The notes beneath the pieces were generated by a model. It ran no database searches. It saw only the letters and a list, made by a program, of their open reading frames with translations, and had not been told where the DNA came from. Position numbers and translations under genes: made by a program. From positions 7,399-71,398 of the forward strand of contig CADATP010000002.1 in assembly GCA_902790935.1 (NCBI GenBank): a stretch of 64,000 nucleotides of DNA, read 5' to 3'. The stretch comes from an uncultured Lachnospiraceae bacterium (lineage in GTDB: Bacteria > Bacillota > Clostridia > Lachnospirales > Lachnospiraceae). Position 1 is the first letter of the stretch. Every line of letters begins with the position of its first letter. Positions 1 to 9,396 of this stretch are shown here, one piece after another.

Positions 1-1644
1 TACAAGGTGCTCGTCGATAGCTCTCATCTCTTCGGTACGGGCCTGGGTATCGGTGCAAGCCTCCGCTACGGTTGAGCAGCTTGCGGATACTTCCTGGGCG
101 CTGGCGCCAAGCTCCTCGGATACTGCGCCGAGGTCGGTAGTTGAATTGGTAAGCTCGGCCTTAATAGAGTCAAGCTCCGCAGCCATCTCTGAAATAGCTG
201 AGATTCCGGCTACGCTCTGGTCTACAGCTCCGGAGAGGATAGTGAACTTACCCTGAGTCTCGGTAATATACTCTCTCTCGCTTTCGATGATTCCTCTAAC
301 CTTTTCGGCAACCTGTACGGTCTCATTGGAGATATCCGTAACCTTCTTAACGATATCATTGATCTTTGCCGCATTTTCTGAGCTGCTTTCAGCAAGCTGC
401 TTGATGCTCTCGGCAACGACTGCAAATCCTCTTCCGGCCTCTCCCGCTCTTGCCGCCTCGATGGAAGCGTTAAGTGAAAGGAGCTGGGTCTGGCTTGCGA
501 TATCATCGATCATCTGAACGGATTCGGAGATATCTTTTACAGCGTCATTTGTCGCGCTGATCTTGTCACTGATCTCGGTAACGGCGTTAACGGATTCGTT
601 GCTCGACTTAAGTACGGTATCCATATACTCGGTAGCTTCGTTGTTTGCTACCATGATCTCGTCGGAAGCATTCTTAAGGATCTCAACGCTTTCGTTAAGT
701 CTCTCGATATTGTCTCCGAGCTCTATAGCCTTTTCGGACATGTTCTGCGCAGACTCGGCAACGGTCTGGGATGTCTGGGCTACTTCGTTTACCGCCTCGC
801 TTATCTGGCTGATACTCTCTACATTGTTTGTAGTCTTTGAATCAACGTCTATAACTGCTCCGCTGAGCTCACCGGCTGAAGTTTTAACAGTTCCTACAGC
901 GTTTGTAAGAGCGTTCTTTAAATCATCCGATGAACTGATTAAAGCTCTTATCTCTCTTACAGGGCTCTTGGTGTGAAGCTCTGCCTTAAGATTACCCTTT
1001 GCAAGCTCCTCGGTATTTTTCTCAAGAGCTACGATAGGATCCGCAACAAGCTTTGCAACCAAAAATGCCACAACAGCAAACACGATCAAAACTCCGCCGC
1101 CAAGAACTATTGAGCTGAGAACAATCTGATTCTTTGCCTTTTGAACAGATTCCATAAGCTCGCCGGCAAAGCTCATTCCGTAAAACGCTCCGTCTTCGGA
1201 ATAAATAGGCATATAGAAAACGTAATACTTTTTGCCACCGATGGTTACGTCTTTTTTCTCTACGGTACCTCCGGCCTTAACCGTCTGATAAATGCCGGAA
1301 TCGGCCTTGGTTCCGATATTTCTCGTTCCGTCGGCATTTTTAAGGGATGTGATATATCTTGTATCTTCTATGAACAAGGTTACATCCACACCTGACTTCT
1401 GAAAACTGTCACAGTATTCAAAGCTTGTATCATCCTGAGCCAGGATGCCTTCGTTTATATCATACTCGAAGTATCTTGCCGTCGCTATTGCGGCCGTCTC
1501 AAGCCTTGAGAATGTGCTCTTTTCCATCTGGCTGTCAAGCTGAAGTACGGATGAAACCATTACAACAATAATTCCGACAGAAAGAGGGATAAGTGCAAAG
1601 AGAATTTGCATCAGATAAATAGAGATTCCACTTTTCTTTTTCAT
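1..1644 (-). CDS. Methyl-accepting chemotaxis protein, 3' end truncated by the window edge
   Basis: Not in the ORF track because no stop lies in the window. Read manually from ATG at 1644 with RBS AGGAG. Order: [29 protein letters not shown] (TM1), extracellular Cache-like domain, TM2, HAMP, then signalling hairpin [37 protein letters not shown]. Confidence 0.93.
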   Translation of the reverse strand, partial: MKKKSGISIYLMQILFALIPLSVGIIVVMVSSVLQLDSQMEKSTFSRLETAAIATARYFEYDINEGILAQDDTSFEYCDSFQKSGVDVTLFIEDTRYITSLKNADGTRNIGTKADSGIYQTVKAGGTVEKKDVTIGGKKYYVFYMPIYSEDGAFYGMSFAGELMESVQKAKNQIVLSSIVLGGGVLIVFAVVAFLVAKLVADPIVALEKNTEELAKGNLKAELHTKSPVREIRALISSSDDLKNALTNAVGTVKTSAGELSGAVIDVDSKTTNNVESISQISEAVNEVAQTSQTVAESAQNMSEKAIELGDNIERLNESVEILKNASDEIMVANNEATEYMDTVLKSSNESVNAVTEISDKISATNDAVKDISESVQMIDDIASQTQLLSLNASIEAARAGEAGRGFAVVAESIKQLAESSSENAAKINDIVKKVTDISNETVQVAEKVRGIIESEREYITETQGKFTILSGAVDQSVAGISAISEMAAELDSIKAELTNSTTDLGAVSEELGASAQEVSASCSTVAEACTDTQARTEEMRAIDEHLV

Positions 1645-1741
1645 ACTACTCCTATCCTACGGTTAGCTTAGAGTTCCCATTCTTGCTACCGTAAAAAAAT
1701 ATTTATAATAAATTACCTTGAGGTAATTATTATTAATATTT

Positions 1742-1768
1742 ATATCGAAAAAAAATGAAAAAACTTAA
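1742..1768 (-). promoter_or_regulatory. Candidate sigma-28 (FliA/SigD) promoter of the MCP gene
   Basis: Minus strand TTAAGTTT-N11-TTCGATAT against consensus TAAAGTTT-N11-GCCGATAA; MCP genes are typical sigma-28 targets. Confidence 0.55.
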
Positions 1769-1779
1769 GATGCCTTATT

Positions 1780-2976
1780 CTATTTTTCGGTATAATCCAC
1801 AAAAGAAATGTTTAAATTTACAACACCGGATACGCCGTCAACGGTGCCGCTCTTTTTATACTGCCACATTGAAAACTTGTAAGGATAATCCGGAAGATCC
1901 GCTTCCTCTTCAAGCCAAAAGTCGTAAGCAGTAAGCTTAGACATTTCTATCTCTTTAATGAACCATTCCTTGGTTCCGAGTATACAAGCATTATAACCCT
2001 TGGCGCTTACAATATCAAGAAACGTCTTAGCTATATTTGTCTTATCATTAACCGATAAGGGTTCGATCCTCGCCGTATCCCCCTTTACAAATCTCATATC
2101 AAAGGCGATAGGATAATCGATACGATAATCACCAATGGATTCAAGGACAAGATTTGCCTCTTCCGTGGCCTCCTCGGTATTAACAGCCTGTGAAGTAAAG
2201 TATACGCCTACTTTAAGTCCGGCGTCCGTCGCCCTCTTTATATTATCGAAAAAGTAATCATCAAGAGCTACCTGCCCGTCTCCGTAGCCTCTTAGGCCCA
2301 CGCGGATCATTACAAAGGCAATACCGTCTTTTTTAACTTTGTTAAAGTCTATATAATCCTGGTACTTTGAAACATCTATTCCAATATAAGAAACTTTCTT
2401 GCCGTCAAGATAGTATTCCATACGGTCATCTTTGCAGACAAGATTTGAAAAATCATATTCATTCTTCGGGAGATACTGGGATATGGTAACCCACTCCGTA
2501 GAACCGTCCCTCAAGGTGACTGCTGTATGTTTTCCGTCCTTTGAAGGATCGTTTTCATCTGTTCCTGCATCAGTTCCGGACTGGCTCGGAAGAAGCAGAC
2601 CGTTTCCTGCGCCGCCACCCACGCCGCCTCCTATGGGATCCGGTACCTTTTCAATTTCATTTTTAGCATTATCCGTCTGCTGAGGATACAGATTCCAAAA
2701 GTCAAGTTCCTCCGGGGATGTGATCCCGTAGTCAGTCTCCTTCTCACCTGTAACAACACCGGAGTCGGAGCTTTCAGGATTTGCCGCGTTTTGATCCTTA
2801 CCGGCATCAAAGCTTGAAGCCGTTCCCAGCGCAGCAGAATAATCAACGTCGTGTTTTTTATTCTTAAGCTGGGGAAGAACCGCTATCCCTACGATAACAA
2901 AAATAAGAAGGACGGAAGCGACAATCACAGCTCCCATCTGAGGTGATATTTTATTGTCGTTTCCGCCCAATTTCAT
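1780..2976 (-). CDS. Membrane-anchored glycoside hydrolase family 25 (lysozyme-like) protein, possibly catalytically degenerate
   Basis: N-terminal TM helix, low-complexity linker, then GIDVSKYQ, FVMIRVGLRGYG, GLKVGVYF and MWQY..G.V.GVSG motifs. The expected DxE reads DMR. Confidence 0.85.
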   Translation of the reverse strand: MKLGGNDNKISPQMGAVIVASVLLIFVIVGIAVLPQLKNKKHDVDYSAALGTASSFDAGKDQNAANPESSDSGVVTGEKETDYGITSPEELDFWNLYPQQTDNAKNEIEKVPDPIGGGVGGGAGNGLLLPSQSGTDAGTDENDPSKDGKHTAVTLRDGSTEWVTISQYLPKNEYDFSNLVCKDDRMEYYLDGKKVSYIGIDVSKYQDYIDFNKVKKDGIAFVMIRVGLRGYGDGQVALDDYFFDNIKRATDAGLKVGVYFTSQAVNTEEATEEANLVLESIGDYRIDYPIAFDMRFVKGDTARIEPLSVNDKTNIAKTFLDIVSAKGYNACILGTKEWFIKEIEMSKLTAYDFWLEEEADLPDYPYKFSMWQYKKSGTVDGVSGVVNLNISFVDYTEK

Positions 2977-2979
2977 ATA

Positions 2980-3780
2980 CTAGTTTTCCTTAATGATTAT
3001 TTTTTTAGGACATTTTCCGGCGCAGATTCCGCAGCCTACGCACTTTTCCTGGTCGATTATCGCGTGGTTATCCACTAAGGTAATCGCCTCTTTAGGACAG
3101 TTCCTTGCGCAGATTCCGCAGCCGATACAGCCTACCGAGCAGGCCTTCATAGTAACGGGTCCCTTGTCCTTTGAGCTGCATCCCACAACGTATTTAGCCT
3201 TGTAAGGGACAAGAGATATCAGCTTCTTGGGGCAGACCGCTACGCACTTTCCGCAGGCCTTACACTTTTCCTTATCAACAACCGCAACCCCGTTTACAAC
3301 ATGGATAGCATCAAAAGGACAAACCTTTACGCAGGTTCCAAAGCCCAGGCATCCACTGTTGCATTTTTTAGGTCCGCCATCGGGTACAAACTCAAGCATT
3401 CGGCAATCCTTGGCTCCAATGTAATCGTAATTGGTTCCGGCCTTCTCGCAGTCACCCTTACAGGCTACATACGCTACCATTTTTTCGCTGGAAGCGGCTT
3501 CTACGCCCATTATTTCGGCTATTTTTTGGCCTACTGCGTCTCCGCCCACAGGGCAGGCATTAACCGGAGCCTCGCCCGCAGCTATGGCGGCGGCAAGTCC
3601 GGAACATCCGGGATATCCGCAGCCTCCGCAGTTATTCCCGGGTAGTGCGGATAAAACTTCCTCTTCCTTGGGATTTGTCTTAACTTTAAATACGATACCG
3701 GCCACGCCAAGGAACAATCCCACGAAGATTCCTACAGCAGCTACTACGACGCCGGCTATTATTATTCCGATATAGTTCAT
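2980..3780 (-). CDS. rnfB: Rnf complex subunit B
   Basis: TM anchor, LPGNNCGGCGYPGC, several CxxCxxCxxxCP clusters; last gene of rnfCDGEAB. Confidence 0.95.
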   Translation of the reverse strand: MNYIGIIIAGVVVAAVGIFVGLFLGVAGIVFKVKTNPKEEEVLSALPGNNCGGCGYPGCSGLAAAIAAGEAPVNACPVGGDAVGQKIAEIMGVEAASSEKMVAYVACKGDCEKAGTNYDYIGAKDCRMLEFVPDGGPKKCNSGCLGFGTCVKVCPFDAIHVVNGVAVVDKEKCKACGKCVAVCPKKLISLVPYKAKYVVGCSSKDKGPVTMKACSVGCIGCGICARNCPKEAITLVDNHAIIDQEKCVGCGICAGKCPKKIIIKEN

Positions 3781-3792
3781 ATTTCCCCTCCT

Positions 3793-4386
3793 TTACAATA
3801 AGCCTGAAAAGCCGCAGAAGGCGATTGCCATAAGTCCGGCAGTCAAAAGAACCGATGGCATTCCCTTAAAGCTTTCGGGGATATTATTGTACTCCATCTT
3901 TTCACGGATACCCGCAAGGATCACGATTGCTATCGTAAATCCTACCGCAGTTGCAAATCCGTTTACAACACCGGTTCCGATACCGTAGTTTTTCTGTACG
4001 TTTGTAAGAGCTACTCCAAGTACAGCGCAGTTTGTCGTAATAAGGGGAAGGTATACTCCAAGAGCCTCGTAAAGAGACGGAATAGCCTTCTTTAAGAACA
4101 TCTCAACAAACTGAACAAGCGCAGCTATTACAAGAATAAATACGATGGTCTGAAGGTATGTAATGTTAAAAGGCACAAGTATAAACTTGTAGATCACACC
4201 GGCTACGGCACTTGCCAGGGTGATGACAAATATGACCGCCGCTCCCATTCCGGCTGCAGTCTTTATCTTCTTCGATACTCCAAGGAAGGGACAAAGTCCC
4301 AAAAACTGAGATAAGACTACATTAGAAACCAGGGATGATCCCACAAGGAGTATGAGGAGGTCTCTTACTGTTGAAGTATTATTCAT
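3793..4386 (-). CDS. rnfA: Rnf complex subunit A
   Basis: NVVLSQFLGLCPFLG and LPLITTNCAVLG motifs. Confidence 0.95.
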   Translation of the reverse strand: MNNTSTVRDLLILLVGSSLVSNVVLSQFLGLCPFLGVSKKIKTAAGMGAAVIFVITLASAVAGVIYKFILVPFNITYLQTIVFILVIAALVQFVEMFLKKAIPSLYEALGVYLPLITTNCAVLGVALTNVQKNYGIGTGVVNGFATAVGFTIAIVILAGIREKMEYNNIPESFKGMPSVLLTAGLMAIAFCGFSGLL

Positions 4387-5149
4387 TTTCAGTTTCCTCC
4401 TTCTCTACGTTTTTCTCGGCTGCGTTTATTACAGGGTTTTCTTTCGGTGCATCAGCATCGTAAAAACGCTTACTGCATCCCTTGTCGCCGCAGGAAGCAC
4501 AGTCCTCGGTGCATCCCGACTGCACCTTGGAAACATCCTTGCCCTTAGCGGCAGCCTTCTTCTTAATAAAGTTTTGAAGAGCTGTAAGCCCGGCAAGTAC
4601 GAAAAATGCTCCGGGTGCAAGTACAAAGATATTGATAGGCGTATATCCCGCAGGCATCACATGAAATCCGAAGATCTCACCTACTCCAAGAAGCTCTCGT
4701 ACCGCTCCGATAAGTGTAAGGGCAATTGAGAATCCAAGTCCCATTCCCAGTCCGTCAAAAAGAGACGGAATCGGCGGATTGTGATAAGCGTAGCTTTCGG
4801 CTCTTCCAAGGATGATACAGTTAACTACGATAAGAGGAATATAAACGCCAAGCGCTGTATTAAGCGAGGGCAGATACGCCTCCAAAAGCAGCTGAACCAT
4901 AGTAACGAAGGATGCGACTATAACGATAAAGGCAGGTATACGCACCCTGTTTGGAATAAACTTTCTAAGGAGCGAAATAATAAGGTTTGAAAGGGCTAAT
5001 ACCACAGTCGTCGTAAGGCCCATTCCAAGTCCGTTCATAGCTGATGTCGTAACCGCAAGGGTCGGGCACATACCGAGCATTAAAACGAAGGTGGGGTTTT
5101 CTTTTATAAGTCCGTTAATGAGGCGTTCAGCAATTTTCTTTTCTTTCAT
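4379..5149 (-). CDS. rnfE: Rnf complex subunit E
   Basis: ENPTFVLMLGMCPTLAVT and IPLIVVNCIILGRAE motifs; C-terminal Cys-rich tail CTEDCASCGDKGC. Confidence 0.95.
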   Translation of the reverse strand: MKEKKIAERLINGLIKENPTFVLMLGMCPTLAVTTSAMNGLGMGLTTTVVLALSNLIISLLRKFIPNRVRIPAFIVIVASFVTMVQLLLEAYLPSLNTALGVYIPLIVVNCIILGRAESYAYHNPPIPSLFDGLGMGLGFSIALTLIGAVRELLGVGEIFGFHVMPAGYTPINIFVLAPGAFFVLAGLTALQNFIKKKAAAKGKDVSKVQSGCTEDCASCGDKGCSKRFYDADAPKENPVINAAEKNVEKEETENE

Positions 5150-5152
5150 CTG

Positions 5153-5785
5153 CTAAAACCTCCCTTCCGATACGGCATTTGTATAGATTTCCGCAGCCGC
5201 TTCCAGCGCTCCGTTTACAGCGCCGGTAAAAGCTTTTGTTGTTATTGTCGCACCGCTTATTGCGTCGATCTCGTTATCGGATACTGCGCCGCTCTTGGTA
5301 TAGATAAATGAAAGAGCAGATTTATCTTTAAACTGTGGTACAAGCACCTCTCCCGCTCTCATACCGAGTCCCGGCGTCTCCGAAATCTTAAGGATTGAAA
5401 CTCCCAAAAGATGAGCCGGGCTTTCTGACGGGTCTATTCCTAAGTAGAGCACGATATCTCCGTTGTAGCCCTGGGATGATGTAGACTCAACCACATATCC
5501 GCAGAAGGCACCCGAAGCATCATACGACTCATAAACCGTGCCAACGGTTATACCGTTTTCTGAAAGTTTTTGAAGCGTTTCAGCGCTTAAGCTATATTCG
5601 ATTTCTTTGAATTCCTTTCCTTCCGGCATTACCTCGTTGCATGCCTTGTTGATTGCAAGATGTTCCTGGTACTGTCTGGGCTTTAAGGTAAGCTGATAAA
5701 CAAACCCCAAAAGAAGCCCGGCGATAAGTGTTATGATAAGGATTGCTCCGGCTTCTTTAAGCATTACTTTAATATCTTTAGACAT
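5153..5785 (-). CDS. rnfG: Rnf complex subunit G
   Basis: ETPGLG and FMN-attachment DAISGATIT motifs. Start moved to MSKDIK (ATG 5785, RBS AAGGAGG). Confidence 0.93.
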   Translation of the reverse strand: MSKDIKVMLKEAGAILIITLIAGLLLGFVYQLTLKPRQYQEHLAINKACNEVMPEGKEFKEIEYSLSAETLQKLSENGITVGTVYESYDASGAFCGYVVESTSSQGYNGDIVLYLGIDPSESPAHLLGVSILKISETPGLGMRAGEVLVPQFKDKSALSFIYTKSGAVSDNEIDAISGATITTKAFTGAVNGALEAAAEIYTNAVSEGRF

Positions 5786-5786
5786 A

Positions 5787-6752
5787 TCACTTACCTCCTT
5801 TCTTCTTAAGATCGGATCTCTTATATCCGAAAGGAGTAGGTCTTGTAAACTTCTCGATAAGAGGTACAAGCAGGTTTCCTAAGATGATGGCGTAGGATAC
5901 GCCTTCAGCCGAAGGACCGAAGATTCTGAATATTCCAGTCATAATTCCAAGGAATACTCCGAAAACAACCTGTCCCCATTTTGTAATAGGTCTTGTAACA
6001 TAATCCGTAGCCATAAAGAAGGCACCGAGCATAATACCGCCGCCGGATAAATGCGCTGCGATAAATGCGGGGTCAAATCCGTGATGTCCGAAGATTATAA
6101 GGAAAAGCACGAATGTTACGATATAGCATCCGGGGATTATAAGGTCGATGACGCCCATAATGATGAGGAAGCATGCGCCGAGAACGATAGCTATCAAAGA
6201 TGTCTCACCAATGGTTCCCGAGGTTTTACCGATGATCATATCAAAGATATTTACGCTCTCTCCCGCTTTTAAAAGAGCAAGGGGCGTTGCTCCGGTATAA
6301 GCATCGGTTGCAAAGTTTGTCATAGCCGCAGGGAACGAGATCACAAGGAAGCATCTCGCTCCGAGAGCGGGGTTCATAAAGTTCTGTCCGATTCCGCCAA
6401 AGAGCATCTTTACAACGATGATTGCAAAGAAGCTGCCGAGGGCGGGCATCCAAAGAGGGATACTTACCGGCATATTAAGGGCAAGCAAAAGGCCCGTAAC
6501 TACTGCGGAAAGGTCTGTTATTGTCTGCTTTTTCTTAAGGATAAGATTGAATAAAAACTCTGACAAAACCGCAGAGGCTATGCTTATAGCGATAACAAAT
6601 ACCGCTCTTAATCCGAAATTGTAAATACCAAAGCCCGTTGCGGGGAGCAGCGCGATAATAACAAGGAGCATTATCCCGCCTGTTGTAGCCTTTGATCTTA
6701 CGTGAGGATTGGAGGATACTTTGTATGTTGTTACTTTAGTTTCTTCAGCCAT
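5787..6752 (-). CDS. rnfD: Rnf complex subunit D
   Basis: SAVVTGLLL, FGGIGQNFMNPA, TGATPL and FFMATD motifs. Start moved to MAEETK (ATG 6752, RBS GGAGG). Confidence 0.95.
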   Translation of the reverse strand: MAEETKVTTYKVSSNPHVRSKATTGGIMLLVIIALLPATGFGIYNFGLRAVFVIAISIASAVLSEFLFNLILKKKQTITDLSAVVTGLLLALNMPVSIPLWMPALGSFFAIIVVKMLFGGIGQNFMNPALGARCFLVISFPAAMTNFATDAYTGATPLALLKAGESVNIFDMIIGKTSGTIGETSLIAIVLGACFLIIMGVIDLIIPGCYIVTFVLFLIIFGHHGFDPAFIAAHLSGGGIMLGAFFMATDYVTRPITKWGQVVFGVFLGIMTGIFRIFGPSAEGVSYAIILGNLLVPLIEKFTRPTPFGYKRSDLKKKGGK

Positions 6753-6765
6753 TTTCTCCTCCCTC

Positions 6766-8085
6766 CTACTTTTTACGCCTGTTGGCAAGTTCTATTTTTC
6801 TCATCGATTTGATGCTCTGCGTCAGCGGTCTCTTTGCAGGGCAGATAAAACTGCAGCAACCGCATTCACAGCACTCCATTCCGCCGTATTCAACAAACTT
6901 CTCCATATCGAAGTGTTCCGCAAAATCCGCCAGGGCGTTAGGCATTACCCTTCCGGGGCAAACCGAAACACATCTTCCGCACTTTATGCAGGGTGATGGC
7001 TCAGCGGCAGCCACCTCGTCATGTTCAAAAGCGAGAAGGGCTGTTGATGTTTTGGTAGTAGGAACGTCAAGCCCGAACATCGCAAATCCCATCATAGGTC
7101 CGCCGCAGATGATCTTTTCGGGAGTTACCTTAAAACCGCCGTCTGCATCGAGGACTTCCTGATAGCTCATACCGATAGGTATCTTAAAGTTTCTCGGGTC
7201 TGCTACAGCGTCGCCGGTAACGGTAACGATCCTCTCCATAAGAGGCTTTCCGTAAACAACGGCATTATAGATTGCAACAAGGGTATCTACGTTGTCCACG
7301 ATACATCCCACATCCGCAGGAAGCATTGTAGAATTGATCTTTCGTCCGGTGGTAGCGTTTATCAGCATTCTCTCAGCACCCTGAGGATACTTTGTATAAA
7401 CGCCCTTAACCGTAATACGCTTATCTTCATGGGTCATCTTCTTTAAAAGAGCAATGCAGTCAGGCTTGTTCTCTTCGATCGCGATTATACCGTGGGCATT
7501 GTCAAAGAGGCGGAGAAGGATCTTCATACCGCCGATAAGCTTTTCGGGCTCTTCCATCATTCTGCGGTAATCGCTTGTAAGATAAGGCTCGCACTCCGCG
7601 CAGTTTGCAATAATATACGTAATATTGTCCGGATCCTTCGGGGAAAGCTTTACATGCGTAGGGAATCCCGCACCGCCCATTCCGACGATACCTGCATTCT
7701 TAACCGCATCAAGGATCTCTTCCCTCGAAGAAAGATTCCAGTCCATAAGAGGATTGTATTTAACTTCTTCATCAAGGAAGTCGTTTTCAATGACGATACT
7801 GTTGACCATATCTCCCGTAACAACACGCCTCGGTTCGATTGCCTTTACAGTACCCGATACGGATGAAAAAACAGGCGCAGAAACAAATCCTCCGGCCTCT
7901 GCTATCATCTGGCCTCTGAGGACTCTGTCACCTACTTTTACTATTGGAGTTGCGGGGGCGCCAATATGTTGAGATACCGGGTAGACCAAAATCTCGCCGG
8001 CCTTTAGATCTGTGATGGGCTTGTCCTTTGAAAGCTCCTTCCCCTCGAAAGGATGGACTCCACCCGAAAAAGTAAATCTGGGCAT
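6766..8085 (-). CDS. rnfC: Rnf complex subunit C
   Basis: QHIGAPA, GIVGMGGAGFPTHVK, NCAECEPYLT, GGPMMG and two Fe-S motifs. Confidence 0.96.
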   Translation of the reverse strand: MPRFTFSGGVHPFEGKELSKDKPITDLKAGEILVYPVSQHIGAPATPIVKVGDRVLRGQMIAEAGGFVSAPVFSSVSGTVKAIEPRRVVTGDMVNSIVIENDFLDEEVKYNPLMDWNLSSREEILDAVKNAGIVGMGGAGFPTHVKLSPKDPDNITYIIANCAECEPYLTSDYRRMMEEPEKLIGGMKILLRLFDNAHGIIAIEENKPDCIALLKKMTHEDKRITVKGVYTKYPQGAERMLINATTGRKINSTMLPADVGCIVDNVDTLVAIYNAVVYGKPLMERIVTVTGDAVADPRNFKIPIGMSYQEVLDADGGFKVTPEKIICGGPMMGFAMFGLDVPTTKTSTALLAFEHDEVAAAEPSPCIKCGRCVSVCPGRVMPNALADFAEHFDMEKFVEYGGMECCECGCCSFICPAKRPLTQSIKSMRKIELANRRKK

Positions 8086-8229
8086 CTTACGTCTCCTTTT
8101 TAAATGGTCCGAAAATCAGAACCTCTTATTGATAATTTTACACTTTTTCTCAAAAAAATACTACTATTAATAGATAATTATGTTATGATACGATATATAG
8201 TCTCTCAGATTTTTCAAAAGGAAAAAAAT

Positions 8230-9333
8230 ATGAAAATATCCAAAGAAACTCTTGAGGAATTTGAAATTAAATATGACATATCGAGACTTGCTCCCATAGA
8301 CGAGCTTATTTTTCTTGATATAGAAACTACCGGTTTCACCGCCCGCAGTTCCTATCTGTACTTAATCGGATGCGCTTACAACGAAGGCGGAAAATGGTGC
8401 ACTGTCCAGTATCTTTCCGAAAGCTACGAACAGGAAGTAGATATCTTAAAGGCTTTCTATGACTTTGCAAAGGATTACAAATATCTTGTGCATTTCAACG
8501 GAAACCAGTTTGATATGCCCTACCTTGTACAAAAGTGTAAGCAGCATGAGCTTGATATAAACTTTGACTCTTTCTCCGGCATAGACCTTTACAAGAGAAT
8601 CTCTCCCTGTAAGGTATTTTTAGGCCTTCAAAACTGCAAGCAAAAGACTATGGAAAAGTATCTTGGCATAGACAGAGAGGATGCTTTCAGCGGTGGTGAA
8701 CTTATCGGCGTTTACCATGACTACGTCAAAGATCCTTCGGAGTTTGCCCGCAATACTCTCCTCTTGCATAACGAGGATGATCTTAAGGGTATGCTGAGTA
8801 TTCTTCCAATGCTCGCCTATTTTGATCTGTTCAACAACAGCCTTCATGTAAAAAAGGCATCTGCCGGAAGCACAAAGGATTACAGCGGAGCTCTACGTCA
8901 GGAGCTTATTCTTACCGCGCAGCTTCCCGTTACTCTTCCTAAGAGCGTCAGCGCCTCCGCTTACGGCTGCTATTTCCATGGAGAAGGTGACGAGGGTTCT
9001 TTCAGGATCCCTATCTACAACGAGGAAATGAAGTATTTCTACGCTAATTATAAGGACTACTACTATCTTCCCGAGGAAGATGTTGCCCTTCACAAGTCAG
9101 TCTCTTCCTTCGTAGAAAAAGAGCATCGCACACAGGCTACGGCCGCTACCTGCTACACAAGAAAGCAGTCAAGGTATCTGCCCCAGTTTGACACGCTTTT
9201 CGAGCCTGTTTTCCGTAGAGAATACAGGAGTAAAGAGTGTTTCTTCGAACTTACGGATGAGCTCAAAAGAGACAGGGCGGCCTTTACGGAGTATGCAAAC
9301 CACATCCTCCAGACTATCGGAACGACATACTAA
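8230..9333 (+). CDS. YprB/MrfB-like RNase H-fold (DEDD) exonuclease-domain protein
   Basis: FLDIETTG, FNGNQFD and HNEDDL motifs. Likely start MKISKE at 8230 after AAGGA. The only plus-strand gene; divergent from rnfC. Confidence 0.8.
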   Translation: MKISKETLEEFEIKYDISRLAPIDELIFLDIETTGFTARSSYLYLIGCAYNEGGKWCTVQYLSESYEQEVDILKAFYDFAKDYKYLVHFNGNQFDMPYLVQKCKQHELDINFDSFSGIDLYKRISPCKVFLGLQNCKQKTMEKYLGIDREDAFSGGELIGVYHDYVKDPSEFARNTLLLHNEDDLKGMLSILPMLAYFDLFNNSLHVKKASAGSTKDYSGALRQELILTAQLPVTLPKSVSASAYGCYFHGEGDEGSFRIPIYNEEMKYFYANYKDYYYLPEEDVALHKSVSSFVEKEHRTQATAATCYTRKQSRYLPQFDTLFEPVFRREYRSKECFFELTDELKRDRAAFTEYANHILQTIGTTY

Positions 9334-9347
9334 TTTTTTCAGGCAGT

Positions 9348-9378
9348 AAAAAGCCACCGACATAAACGCCGGTGGCTT
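9348..9378 (-). terminator. Intrinsic terminator between the convergent yprB-like gene and cheR
   Basis: Stem AAGCCACCG/CGGTGGCTT; T-run on the minus strand. Confidence 0.75.
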
Positions 9379-9396
9379 AAATATTTATATAAGATT

